64,000 nucleotides of DNA from Octopus bimaculoides (GCF_001194135.2 NC_068989.1:92855649-92919648), one strand, 5' to 3'. Shown: positions 1-12,205, counted from the first letter of the stretch. The notes: generated by a model from the sequence alone, not told the origin. Translations and numbers: made by a program.

Positions 1-855
1 CGATCTTATATATAAGCTCGCACCCTTATTTACCGTATATCTTCTATGTACATGTTGATAGCTATCGTTATATTTAGCAAGTCATAGCTATGTGGCCATG
101 GCTATATGGTCGAGAAGAACTTAATTCCATCTCATAGGAGAACACCTTGGACATGTGTCTTTCCCGATAGCCTCTGTACAAACCAATTCCTTTAATGGAA
201 ATTCTAAACGGAGAGATGTCTGGATTCCAATCGGACCAACCGTTCATCTTCTGAAGTGGAAGGCTTTATCCGTCATCCGGTTTAATGTTTCCACCTATCC
301 CTGGTTACCATTCCACTGTTGCCAGCATTCATTACATTCAGGGCAGAAGCCGGACAATTAATTCCTCCTTCCTCTTATGATAACCCAGAGACGCCACTCA
401 GCAGTGTTTAATCAATAAATACATTACAATGGTTTGTGTGCGTATTTACGTCTTTGTGTATGTGTGTGTGTTTGTTTTAATGTTCACGTATATTTGTGTG
501 TTGGTTTATATTTTTTAAATATATTTTGTATTCATTAGTGGTTAATTAACATCTAAAGGATTGTGTAATTAACATAATTCTCATTCCGTTGAACTTCGTC
601 GCAGATTGCTCCCGCGTCACTGTTCTGAGGCTAACACATAATGTAAAAGACACACATACACACACACACACGTATCTGTGTGTATACATACATGCATAGA
701 TGTAATGTCCATTAGTAAATACATGCACTTACATACATCCATGCACACGCATGTACAGATAGATACATACCTATATACATAGATATATAAATACACACAC
801 ACACACACGCACACACACACATATGGTGGTTGTCTACTCTTTATGCAGAGTTTGA

Positions 856-869
856 CCACCCCCTGGTGG
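856..869 (-). promoter_or_regulatory. Candidate CTCF-type motif CCACCAGGGGGTGG
   Basis: The minus strand reads TGTCCACCAGGGGGTGGTC, close to the bilaterian CTCF core CCACCAGGGGGCGC. Motif match only. Confidence 0.35.
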
Positions 870-1004
870 ACAATGTATTGAAAAGACAACCAAATGGATA
901 GCATATCTGATTTGGACCACCAAGAGCTGCAGTTAAGTTCTGATCTTTGTAGACCTTAAAATGTCTTTGAGGCCTCCATTAGATTTGCAGACCTTATGGC
1001 ATAC

Positions 1005-1230
1005 ACGACACTGAAAGGTGAGCAGAGTAGTTCGTAGCGGTTCGCTTTTCATGAATCCTCAAGCATATGGCCCGCTCCACAAAAAATTTCAGGCCTTGTG
1101 CCAAGCGTAGAAAAGAATATAATAAACTCAGTCGTAGTAAATCCATAGTGAAGGCTTATGTGTCTCTAGCGTTTCTCTACCGCTTGCACGTTAATTTCAC
1201 GATCAACCGGAATCATCGTTGACGTAACCA
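1005..1230 (+). mobile_element. Two degraded SINE fragments (family B-like tail at 1005-1125, family C tail at 1150-1230)
   Basis: Contains aatttcaggccttgtgcc (family B tail) and cttgcacgttaatttcacga...atcaaccggaatc (matches the family C tail at 28010-28080). Confidence 0.6.
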
Positions 1231-1502
1231 GTGCTTACAAGTGTTTAATATAATGAACCCAGTTTCAGCAAATACGTACATTGTCTTTAATTGTCATATA
1301 TTTTGTAAACCCAATAACTAGGTCAATGCAATTTCTTAGCAACTAAACAATATTATTGCCATTTGATGCTATTAAGTATGTAATTATGGACGCGGTTGTT
1401 TTTGTCGTAGAAAATGTCAGTCTAATATTACCAGCGAATAGCCCGTATTTTACACACAGATCCATAATAACCTCGAGCAATCACTTCGAAAGCCAGCTTC
1501 AA

Positions 1503-1827
1503 CTTCGCTCGCTTTTTACTCTCTTTTACTTGTTTCAGTCATTTGACTGTGGCCATGCTGGGGAACCGCCTTTAGTCGAACAAATCGACTCCAGGACTTA
1601 TTCTTTGGAAGCCTAGTACTTATTCTATGAGTCTCTTTTGCAGAACCGCTAAGTTACGGAGACGTAAACTCACCAGCATCGGTTGTCAAACGATGTTGGG
1701 GGGACAAACAAAGACAAACAAACACACGCGCGCGCGCGCACGCACACACACACATATACGACGGGCTTCTTTCAGTTTCCGTCTACCAAATCCACTCACA
1801 AGGCTTTGGTTGGCCCGAAGCTATGGT
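1503..1827 (-). mobile_element. tRNA-derived SINE family A (octopus OK/OR-like), 3' three-quarters, ending at a gap
   Basis: Reverse complement of the full copy at 11780-12205: tail ttacttgtttcagtcatttgactgtggccatgctgg, internal CA/CG microsatellite, cgacgggcttctttcagtttccgtctaccaaatccactcacaaggctttgg. Confidence 0.9.
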
Positions 1828-1848
1828 NNNNNNNNNNNNNNNNNNNNN

Positions 1849-2138
1849 CTTTTTACTCTCTTTTACTTGTTTCAGTCATTTGACTGTGGCCATGCTGGGG
1901 CACCACCTTGAAGAAGCTCGGTCAAACGGATCGACCCCAAGGACTCATTTTTTAAAGCCTGATATTTATTCTAACAACCGCTTTACCGAACCCCTAAGTT
2001 ACGGGGACATAAACACAGGTTTGAGACAAACACACGCACATATTGTAATAGAAAACATGCACCCAAGGTGTCACACAGTGGGACTGAACCTGGAACCATG
2101 CGGCTGGGAAACAACCACACAGCCACACCTGCGCCTAT
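1849..2138 (-). mobile_element. SINE family A copy with internal deletion
   Basis: Same tail as 1503, plus head cccaaggtgtcacacagtgggactgaacctggaaccatg...ccacacagccacacctgcgcct. Confidence 0.85.
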
Positions 2139-2249
2139 CTATTTAATTTTGTTTTGTGTTTTAGCTATAGAATTTCAATCATGTCATGAGAAGCATGCAG
2201 GAGAAGTTACTTGTAGTTATTTTCTGTTTGTTTAATCAACCCTCAGACT

Positions 2250-2416
2250 GGTTTTAAAATTTTAGGGTAAAGGATAAGGTACAAGTCATTTACATCAAAG
2301 ACCAATGCTCAACTGGTACTTATTTGATCGAATCCCGAAAGATTGAAAGACAAAGTCAGCCTTACCGGAATTTGAACACAGAATGTAAAGACCGAAGATA
2401 TGTTGCGGCGCCTTCA
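2250..2416 (-). mobile_element. SINE family B, degraded
   Basis: ctcaactggtacttattt...gaaagacaaagtc...ggaatttgaacacagaatgtaaagac aligns with the copies at 34779, 41309 and 61568. Confidence 0.8.
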
Positions 2417-2424
2417 TAATACTA

Positions 2425-2630
2425 ACCTAATTTTCAGTTTATAAAAGTTCCAATTCTGTCCGGTATTTCTATGTATTCTATCTTGTTTTCGATTGGACAG
2501 CTACAGGGAATCTGCCTAATTCTTTTGTCCTAGTCTTTACATATTCTACACATACTGCATTATGCTTCGTTACAACCCTTTAATAATTTCTGGTACCAGA
2601 CATGAAGAAACCTTCAATCTTACCCTTTTG
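2425..2630 (-). mobile_element. Decayed R4/Dong-type LINE fragment (CCHC zinc knuckle region)
   Basis: The minus strand translates, across a frame change, to KIEGFFMS..TRNY and SMCRICKD*DKRIRQIPCSCPIENKIEYIEIPDRIGTFIN*KL. This aligns with ETINHIVSGCPVLAKKEYIHRHDRVGTCIHWKL of the copy at 62807. Confidence 0.6.
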
Positions 2631-2724
2631 CTTTTTCTCCTTTGACTCATTATTTTTTCGTAGACTATTCCCAATCTGTACGGTAGTTTTTTCGTAGTTT
2701 TTTTTTCTTCTTTTCTGTTTATCA

Positions 2725-3072
2725 ATTGTTTCAGGCATTGGATTGCAGCCATGTTGGCACACCGCCTTGGCGGGTCTAATCGACTTCAGTATTTATTTTA
2801 GAGTCTGGCTCTTACTGTGTCGGCTTCTTTTGCCGATCTGAGTAGTTACAGACGTAAACAAACCAACGCCAATTGTCAAGCGGTAGAGGGTGTGGGGACG
2901 AACACAAACAAGACACACAGACACTAATACGCACGTACGCGTGCACATACACATATACATATTATATATCTATATATATATGTGTGTGTGTGTGTATGTA
3001 TATTCATTTACGAACAGAGACAAATGTTTTGGGGAAAGCAAGCTTCTTACCACACAATCACACTTGCGCCTA
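2725..3072 (-). mobile_element. SINE family A, degraded, with internal microsatellite
   Basis: Tail tttcaggcattggattgcagccatgttggcacaccgcc, body cgtaaacaaaccaacgccaattgtcaagcg, head gcaagcttcttaccacacaatcacacttgcgcct. Confidence 0.75.
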
Positions 3073-3572
3073 TATTTGTGGTAAATTCAATTTATCTCAC
3101 ATCTGAGATGGCCTGTTCTAACTGCAGTCACTTTTGTTTTCTATTTTGATGCATACCATCGGACATCTTGCGTTTAGCTCTGCTCTCAATATTAATTTCA
3201 TGTGGCCACAATATTCCTTCCTGACCGTTTCCTTTGTCGGTATTGTACTTTGTCATTTAGTTCATTTATTCCTAAGTTTTTATATAATCCTGTTTCGCCT
3301 AATTCTCTTATCTTTGGCTTTTTATCTAACATGATAGTCTTCTTAATGAATTTTCCTATCTTCACGGTTCCCTTGATGATATTTTTTCCATTTAGATTTG
3401 CATATTAATTCCTCAAGTAAATTTGTGCTGTCTGTGACAGCGTTTTTTGTTATCCATCAATTCCAGCGCATAACTTGAGGTCGTCCATTTACAAAAAAAA
3501 TAAGTGATTGACGTCCAGTAGCAATTATGTTAAAGTCCAGCCTAGTTTAATATCTTGGTAATTTTTTTTATT

Positions 3573-3772
3573 TATGAGCGAGTCTGATAAAATGCTGAGT
3601 GACACTTCTTCGCGTTCTTTCTTCACGTTCTGAATTCTAATAACGCCGAAGTCGGCTTTGCTTTTCAGCCTTTCATGGTCGATAAAATAAATACCAGCTG
3701 AACACCGAGGTTGATGTAATCGACTTATCCCTTACACTGAAATTGCTGGCCTTGTGCCAAAATTTGAAATCC
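3573..3772 (+). mobile_element. SINE family B with (ATC)n tail running to about 3820
   Basis: gtcgataaaataaataccagctgaacaccgaggttgatgtaatcgactt...aaattgctggccttgtgccaaaatttgaaatc followed by catcat repeats. Confidence 0.85.
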
Positions 3773-3819
3773 TCATCATCATCATAATCATCATCGTCAT
3801 CATCGTCATCATCATCATT

Positions 3820-4075
3820 TCAGGGGTATTTGGCCTTGTGACTGACACGAACGGATTAGATTCTGGGATTGATCCGGTACCAGATAAGCATTCTAGAATA
3901 TTTTTCTTGTTTACTTAATTTTTGGGAGCGGTCGGGTTCATTTTCAGTATTCTTGTTTGTGAGAGCAGTCGAGTTTATTTCAGATATTCTCATTTTAAAA
4001 ATCATCCCCGGATAATCATTGAGAGGACGTTGGTGTTGCCTTGGCGGAGGTCTGCGCTCTCTCAGTGCTCTTGTT
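3820..4075 (-). mobile_element. 5' part of a probable Helentron-associated non-autonomous element (HINE/DINE-1-like)
   Basis: The minus strand starts AACAAGAGCACTGAGAGAGCGCAGACCTCCGCCAAGGC. The AACAAG start and the ACCTCCGCCAAGG subterminal motif resemble HINE families. No 3' hairpin is present, so the copy is truncated. Confidence 0.5.
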
Positions 4076-4117
4076 GTTGTTGTTGTTGTTGTTCTTCTTC
4101 TTCTTCTTCTTCTTCTT

Positions 4118-4148
<31 letters not shown>

Positions 4149-4170
4149 TTATTATTATTATTATTATTAT
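4072..4170. repeat. Compound trinucleotide array (TTG)n(TTC)n(TTA)n
   Basis: Seen directly. Confidence 0.98.
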
Positions 4171-4672
4171 NNNNNNNNNNTTTTTTTTTTTTTTTTTTTT
4201 TTGCGCACTACGTCTATGACATTGCAATAACTTTCATTTTATATATTTCAGGTGAAATACTCAACATACATTTTCAGGTAAGAGCTTCAAATTTTCATTT
4301 ATTATATGCATACCTGAATGATTGCTCGTGTGTATGTGTGCATGTGTATGTACTAAAATATCAGTATACGTTTACATAATTACATCGTTGTCTTCATTCT
4401 CTATAGTACTTTTCATTCATTCATTCGCCGCTTCAATGTATATTTATCGAACAAATAACCAGAGATACACAAGAAGATAAATACAGTTCTGTCCCTTTTA
4501 TCGTGTAATTAAATTGGATGTGTCTGACTGTCCATCAATCAGTCTCTCTATCAATGCATCCATCTACACACGTGTGTGCGATATACGCGTAATTATATGT
4601 TTATATGCTACGTGAACTTACGAATGAATATATCTTTATATATGTATATGTGTGTGTGTGATTATATGTGTA

Positions 4673-4703
<31 letters not shown>

Positions 4704-4866
4704 TTACCTAGAGAGAGAGAGAGAGCCAGACAGACAGAGACACACAGAGACAGACAGACAGAGACACACAGAGACACACAGAGACAGACAGACAGACAGA
4801 TAGATAGAGATGTACACCTCACATCGCAGCCTATATGTATGTTATATATTGCACTATAAATATTTG

Positions 4867-4900
<34 letters not shown>

Positions 4901-4964
4901 TTCAGGATCTCATGAAATCAAAGGCACCAAAGTAGAGTCAGGGATGGTATACCTGTGTACTAAC

Positions 4965-5090
4965 TAATGTCTCCGGACATTCTCGTACTTACAAAAGCAA
5001 ATATCGATTTGTCATTCCAGTTAGCATACTTTCGCAAGTATAGGCTAAATGTACAACGTAGACAGGACTATAACTCCGGCATGCAGTTCA
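4965..5090 (+). mobile_element. Possible decayed LINE APE endonuclease fragment
   Basis: SPDILVLTKANIDLS...YRLNVQRRQDYNSG loosely resembles the APE motifs PDIxxLTET and GY...RxDR. Weak match. Confidence 0.25.
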
Positions 5091-5498
5091 CGGTCCACTG
5101 TAGATTCAAGATCCAACGCAGCGAAGTTCCCAAGTCTGGTGTAGTGTAAGCAATAACACAGGTGGTCAGAGGCTCACTACAGCTGTTTCATTCTTGATTT
5201 TTTTTTTTTGATGAACAAATGAAGCATATCATTTGAAGAAAAAAAACTTTTCTTGGGTGAATTAAGCATAAAATTTAACATTTGGAATTTTTCACGCAAA
5301 TACTAGGTAATACATATTGATTCTCTCATCTCGGTGTCAGTTGAGACAAGAGGGTCGGCATGCATTGCACAGCATTTGCATAACACATCCTCAATATTGA
5401 ATAGGAACATCTGCCCAACTGTTATTACACACACACACACACACACACAAATATATATATGTGTGTGTGTAAATGGAGTGGCTGTATGGCATAGACAT

Positions 5499-5650
5499 AG
5501 GAGTGGTTGTGTAGCTTGCTTACCAACCACATGGTTCCGGGTTCAGTCCCACTGCGTGGCCCTTGGGCACTTGTCTTCTACTACAGACTAAGGCCAACCA
5601 AAGCCTTGTGAGTGGATTTAGGAGACGGAGACAGAAAGACGCCCACCGTA
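5499..5650 (+). mobile_element. SINE family A, 5' half (ends in TA repeat and gap)
   Basis: aggagtggttgtgtagcttgcttaccaaccacatggttccgggttcagtcccactgcgtggcccttgggcac, near-identical to the 11780 copy. Confidence 0.9.
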
Positions 5651-7447
5651 TATATATATANNNNNNNNNNNNNNNNNNNNNNNNNNNNNNNNNNNNNNNN
5701 NNNNNNNNNNNNNNNNNNNNNNNNNNNNNNNNNNNNNNNNNNNNNNNNNNNNNNNNNNNNNNNNNNNNNNNNNNNNNNNNNNNNNNNNNNNNNNNNNNNN
5801 NNNNNNNNNNNNNNNNNNNNNNNNNNNNNNNNNNNNNNNNNNNNNNNNNNNNNNNNNNNNNNNNNNNNNNNNNNNNNNNNNNNNNNNNNNNNNNNNNNNN
5901 NNNNNNNNNNNNNNNNNNNNNNNNNNNNNNNNNNNNNNNNNNNNNNNNNNNNNNNNNNNNNNNNNNNNNNNNNNNNNNNNNNNNNNNNNNNNNNNNNNNN
6001 NNNNNNNNNNNNNNNNNNNNNNNNNNNNNNNNNNNNNNNNNNNNNNNNNNNNNNNNNNNNNNNNNNNNNNNNNNNNNNNNNNNNNNNNNNNNNNNNNNNN
6101 NNNNNNNNNNNNNNNNNNNNNNNNNNNNNGGTGCGTAAAAATATATAAATGAAATATTCAAACACTGAGATTTGAAGTTAGATGTCACTACTGTTCATAC
6201 CATCTATGGATAAATTCAAAATTTGATGATATCACCAGTAGTAGCATGGGTGGAACGCAGTTATGATAGTTTTAATGAGCTATGAAATTTGCACGAAGCG
6301 TAATGATGCTTAATGAGCATATATACACACGCACAATATATATATTTACGTAATACACCTATGATCAATAAAATGCCTGACAACTAAAACATATTTTGCA
6401 TGAACTGAACTGCTTAAACTTTATTGTGCGTTTGTGTATATATATATGTGTGTGTGTGTGTGTGTACACACCCACATACACATGTGTATATATGATACAC
6501 ANNNNNNNNNNNNNNNNNNNNNNNNNNNNNNNNNNNNNNNNNNNNNNNNNNNNNNNNNNNNNNNNNNNNNNNNNNNNNNNNNNNNNNNNNNNNNNNNNNN
6601 NNNNNNNNNNNNNNNNNNNNNNNNNNNNNNNNNNNNNNNNNNNNNNNNNNNNNNNNNNNNNNNNNNNNNNNNNNNNNNNNNNNNNNNNNNNNNNNNNNNN
6701 NNNNNNNNNNNNNNNNNNNNNNNNNNNNNNNNNNNNNNNNNNNNNNNNNNNNNNNNNNNNNNNNNNNNNNNNNNNNNNNNNNNNNNNNNNNNNNNNNNNN
6801 NNNNNNNNNNNNNNNNNNNNNNNNNNNNNNNNNNNNNNNNNNNNNNNNNNNNNNNNNNNNNNNNNNNNNNNNNNNNNNNNNNNNNNNNNNNNNNNNNNNN
6901 NNNNNNNNNNNNNNNNNNNNNNNNNNNNNNNNNNNNNNNNNNNNNNNNNNNNNNNNNNNNNNNNNNNNNNNNNNNNNNNNNNNNNNNNNNNNNNNNNNNN
7001 NNNNNNNNNNNNNNNNNNNNNNNNNNNNNNNNNNNNNNNNNNNNNNNNNNNNNNNNNNNNNNNNNNNNNNNNNNNNNNNNNNNNNNNNNNNNNNNNNNNN
7101 NNNNNNNNNNNNNNNNNNNNNNNNNNNNNNNNNNNNNNNNNNNNNNNNNNNNNNNNNNNNNNNNNNNNNNNNNNNNNNNNNNNNNNNNNNNNNNNNNNNN
7201 NNNNNNNNNNNNNNNNNNNNNNNNNNNNNNNNNNNNNNNNNNNNNNNNNNNNNNNNNNNNNNNNNNNNNNNNNNNNNNNNNNNNNNNNNNNNNNNNNNNN
7301 NNNNNNNNNNNNNNNNNNNNNNNNNNNNNNNNNNNNNNNNNNNNNNNNNNNNNNNNNNNGAATCCTGTTCCAATTGTCTGTAAATACATGTGCTTCACAC
7401 TTACATAAAGGCATACATACATAAATGTTTGTGTGTGTGTATATATA

Positions 7448-7498
<51 letters not shown>

Positions 7499-7502
7499 GT
7501 AT

Positions 7503-7545
<43 letters not shown>

Positions 7546-8218
7546 TGTATGTACGTATGTATGTGTGTATGAATATTTCAATGCATGTATAGATATGTGT
7601 TTATCTACAGTTTCACAACACTCGCCTCGATGAATTGACACACTATTACAGGAAATACGAAATGAAAGAAAAAAAAATACAGTGACTTTGTAAAGTTTCT
7701 AACTTAATGTACATGTAATTCAGTATAGTTGGGGAAACGTTGCACTTGCTACATCATACGTCGTTTTAAAAAACGTAAACTAAATCAATTCACACTTATA
7801 AATTGGCAAGATTTCCTATCATCAATTTATAATGTTTTATTTAACGTTTTTACATTTATCTAAATCATAGATTTCATTCAATTTTTTTTCTTTGTCAATT
7901 AAGACATCAGCTCTACACTATTCGGCAGGTTTTCGATGAATAAAAAATTCTAGTCTCTGATTGTTTGTTTAGTTATACGTGTATGGCTACGCGTGCACGC
8001 ATGTGCGTGCATGTGTGTATGTTGAGCTGTCGCATGTTAGAACTAGATACAGAGAGTGAAGTGTACGTGCGTGTATAGGCGAGCGTGCGTGTGTATTATT
8101 TATAAAAAAAGACTTTATCAATGTTAATATCATATGCGCGCGCGCGTGTGTGTGTATGTACACACACATATATGTATATGTATAGGTAGATACCATTCTT
8201 GTTGCTCTGTTGTTGCTG

Positions 8219-8219
8219 T

Positions 8220-8302
<83 letters not shown>
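8219..8302. repeat. Self-complementary compound array (ATA)n(ATT)n
   Basis: About 10 ATA units followed by about 17 ATT units. Confidence 0.95.
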
Positions 8303-8303
<1 letters not shown>

Positions 8304-9046
8304 TTGTATTATATCACATGATATATATTCATGTTATAGTCATATATACCATATATATCATATACATTATTATTATTATTATTATATAATGTATATATGT
8401 TTATTTTTTAATTTATACTACTTATATAAATCTTTATAAACATAAATATACGTGAATATATACATAAACACACGTAACCATAATGTATTTGTACGTGTGC
8501 ATATATATATATATATACACACATGTATATGTGTGTATGTATGTATGTATGGATGTATGAGTGTGCATGCGTGTCTGCATACATATGGGTGCGTGTATCC
8601 ATGTATGTGTGTGAGCACCTACGTGTGCATATATATACATATATATATATATATATGCGATATATTTAAAGCGAAAAGAATTGCGCGATAAAACCCATAC
8701 AATAATGAAAACATGACTTTTGAGATTTTCAAAGAAATGAAAAAAATATCAAATATTCTATATTTGAGACTTCGGAAAAAATTCAACATTTTTTTCCCTC
8801 TATATCTGATATTTTTCTTATAGTGTTTGCAATGAACACATTTTAAATTGAAATCTCTTGTCATATATACAATTTATCTTATGATATTGAGCAGTTTATA
8901 TATGTGTGCATGTCTATAAATATATATGTATATATTAATAATTATATAAATGTTTGTATATATTTATAATTATATATATCTATCTTTATAATCGTATATA
9001 TGCATGTGTGTGTGTGTGTAAGAATGTATATGTATATCCTTACATT

Positions 9047-9077
<31 letters not shown>

Positions 9078-9126
9078 GCATATATATATGTAGATACATC
9101 TATCTATCTATCTATCTATCTGTACG

Positions 9127-9174
<48 letters not shown>

Positions 9175-10382
9175 CACACAAATACATTTATTATCGCATA
9201 TATGTACATGTAAATAAGTCCATACGTATATTCGCATGCGTATACCTGTATGTACTTATATACACACATACATGCGCTCACATACTCACACGCAAACAAA
9301 CTCAGTCTCTCTCCCACATATACACAGACACGCCCCCCCCCCTACATATATTTTCAGCCTTAAGCCCTTTCATATAGTAACAGGGTAAGTGGCTGTTCTG
9401 ATGACGCTGGCCGAGGTGGGAGGAAAGGGTACTTCGATGACGGCAATGATAGCGATGATTATGTTAATAATTATAACGATGATGATGATGATAATGATAT
9501 ACTGTGTCATAGTGGGAAAATTAAGTAGGGAATATATATATGAGCGTATCTTGTGAGTGTGCGTGTGTGCGCGTGTGCGCACATAAGAGTGTTTGAATAC
9601 GCATTTCCTGTTTGGTGTGTTGAAATGTAACTACTGATATATATTTTCAGTGTTGGTTGTTATGGTTTTATTTTGTGCCATTGTTACAGTTGATAAAATT
9701 GTATAGAAAAACCTATCGTATAACAGCATAACACCCTCACCCCCCCCCCCCCCNNNNNNNNNNNNNNNNNNNNNNNNNNNNNNNNNNNNNNNNNNAAAAA
9801 AAAAAAAAAAAGAAAAATCCCGAGCGTTTGGAAATAAACAATAAACATTTAAGCAAATGTTGTGCATACACTTCATTGCCCATATGACAGTTGCTAACAT
9901 CATTATGTCAATATCGGTTTATTGAAGAAGCTTTTAAGAGTTTCAGAAATGCCTAACAACCCGAAAATGCATAACAGAAAGGGATGAAAAAAAATGGAGT
10001 ATATTTATAAACGGTTCCTTAATGCTTATTAAGGAAAGGGATTAGCTCCCGAAAATAAATATAAGCTTGATTGTTTTGAAGAGGGAAGGAAATCTGGTGT
10101 AAGAATATTAGTCCGCACAAGCATAATTCTATGTGGTTGCTCAACTTTCTTGAAATAGGTTTAGTCGTTTGTCCCTCAAACCGCATTGTATGTTCTTTTT
10201 AAAGTAAGGAAAAAGTATCATTGGGCAAAGTAGCAATGCTAGAGGCATCACTCTCTATCGAAGGTGATTTTGTAGCATCAGCAAGAACCATAGTTTCGGT
10301 TATGCTTTTAAATGCATGTCTTGTCGTTAGCAAACAGAGGCGTCTTCTCGATCCTTTCATTTTTGATCCCGAGTAATAGTTA

Positions 10383-10745
10383 TGTGAGATAGGGCTGCAT
10401 CAACGGTGGTTTGTTAAAAGTAGGCCCGATCTAGAACCATCGAGGTGCTTGATTGAGGCACCGAGCCTGATCGGACGGTAAAGTGTAAGAGGACGAGTGC
10501 CTCATATTGAAAGGGCATGTGGCCCATGAAAAGAAAACTGTAAGAGGCAAGTGCCTCATTTCAAAGACATGTTGTAAATTGAAATTGTGAAGTAAGAGGT
10601 TTATAGCCTCAATTTGTAAATTTATAAACAATGTTTTAGAGAAGCAGAGTTCGGCGGGCGGCTGCTGTCTTCTCCCATTAATATCATTGTGTTCATCATT
10701 CATCTCATCTCATTAATGTCTTCGTCCAGCCCGCAGCTACCCTAT
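10383..10745 (+). mobile_element. Possible solo LTR containing three palindromic direct repeats
   Basis: TG start, three GTAAGAGG..GCCTCA units, TTTATAAA near 10621, then an AG-rich/GC-rich block. No TSD or CA end confirmed. Confidence 0.25.
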
Positions 10746-11350
10746 GTACTGCCCTCGTGGCAAACTATGTGAATAAAAGTAGTTGAGAACCACTGATCGA
10801 AAGTGATCTGTTAAGGGGCTATAGGAATTGCAGTACCTCCGGCCTTAAAAATGAAATAAATAAATAAATCAATAAATAAATAAAGACAAGATGGATTTTC
10901 AAATCTCATGACACATCATCACTGTACGCTGACAGTATTCAAACGAGGCCTTTATTTCTTATGATATTACATCGGTAATGCAGCCCATTCCTTATATGTC
11001 ATTTTGGACAAAAATAATCTTGTACAGCTTGTCTTCTCTGCATGCAAAACAAGCTCATTTCTTTTTAATATCCACAAGATAACTACACCGTTTTATGCAT
11101 GTTGTGTGTGTTGTATATGTGTATGTGTTGTATATGTTGTGTGTGTTGTATATGTGTACATCTATGCGTACACATGTATCCCATAGCTTTCTCTCTCTCT
11201 CTCTCTCACCCCTCTCATCTAATGTCATCTCAACTTAAGAGGATTGTCCACCATCTTGAAATTGTTTAATCCACCTCATATCGTGGCGAAATTTCATTAT
11301 CGAAATGAGATAGGATTTTTGGAGGAAAATCCGCGAAACAAGCACACACT

Positions 11351-11413
<63 letters not shown>

Positions 11414-11600
11414 ATTCGTTGTCATGGTGATGCTGATGGAAGGTGTAGTGAAATTGCTACTGGTTGCGACGAAGATAGTGAAAGTATACGCGAGTAGGGA
11501 TAACGGGGAAAATACTGGGCGTGACGGTGATGTTGTTGTTGTTGTTAGTGGTGGTGGTAGTGGTAGTGGTGGTGGTCGTGATGGTGATGATGGTGAAGTG
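11351..11600. repeat. (TAG)n plus degenerate GTT/GGT/GAT trinucleotide arrays
   Basis: Seen directly. Confidence 0.95.
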
Positions 11601-11779
11601 CAGTGAGGAAAAAAACATAGGTATGCATGCTTTGTGTGTATGCGTAAAGTCACTCTCTCTCTCTCTCGTCTTTCTCTCCCCATGTATATATGTATATATA
11701 CATAAATACATACATACATATACATATATGTGTGTGTGTGTATGGATTGTTGTACGTATATATGCATGTATTTGTGTGT

Positions 11780-11935
11780 AGGAGTGGCTGTGTGGTAAGT
11801 AGCTTGCTTACCAACCACATGGTTCAGGGTTCAATCCCACTGCGTGGCACCGTGGGCAAGTGTCTTCTACTATAGCCTCGGGCCGACCAAAGTCTTCTGA
11901 GTGCATTTGGCTGACGGAAACTGAAAGAAGCCCGT

Positions 11936-11990
<55 letters not shown>

Positions 11991-12205
11991 GTATGTATAT
12001 GTTTGTGTGTCTGTGTTTGTCCCCCAACATCGCTTGACAACCGATGGTCGTGTGTTTATGTCCCCGTAAATCAGCTGTTCGACAAAATAGACCGATAGAA
12101 TAAGTACTAGGCTTACAAAGAGTAAGTCCTGGGGTCGATTTGCTCGACTAAAGGCGGTGCTCCAGCATAGCCGTAGTCAAATGGCTGAAACGAATAAATA
12201 AAAAA
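11780..12205 (+). mobile_element. Full-length tRNA-derived SINE family A (octopus OK/OR-like; CORE-like gggcaagtg segment)
   Basis: A-box-like tggctgtgtgg, B-box ggttcaatccc, caccgtgggcaagtgtcttctac, internal (TA)n/(TATG)n tract, tail ggcggtgctccagcatagccgtagtcaaatggctgaaac followed by an A-rich end. Confidence 0.92.

Noticed and set aside
120-360. Minus-strand GKDTCPRCS as an L1/Tx1 zinc knuckle
   Set aside because: The downstream His/Cys residues and flanking motifs are absent.
1503-1910. Tandem duplication of a SINE tail across a 21-N gap
   Set aside because: The downstream sequences differ, so these are two family A copies or a scaffolding overlap, not a novel structure.
5520-7424. Long ORFs of 180-350 aa in the track (also near 15.3-19.3, 30.5-32.2, 35.8-37, 43.8, 55.8-57.7 and 59.7 kb)
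   Set aside because: They are made of N-gap X runs and microsatellite translations ([12 protein letters not shown]), not genes. Only the RTE part of 30548-32164 is real coding sequence.
10485-10630. CRISPR-like look: palindromic repeats, unique spacers and ATTGAAAG
   Set aside because: Only three diverged units with 19-nt spacers, no cas genes, and an animal genomic context. Kept only as an unexplained repeat array.
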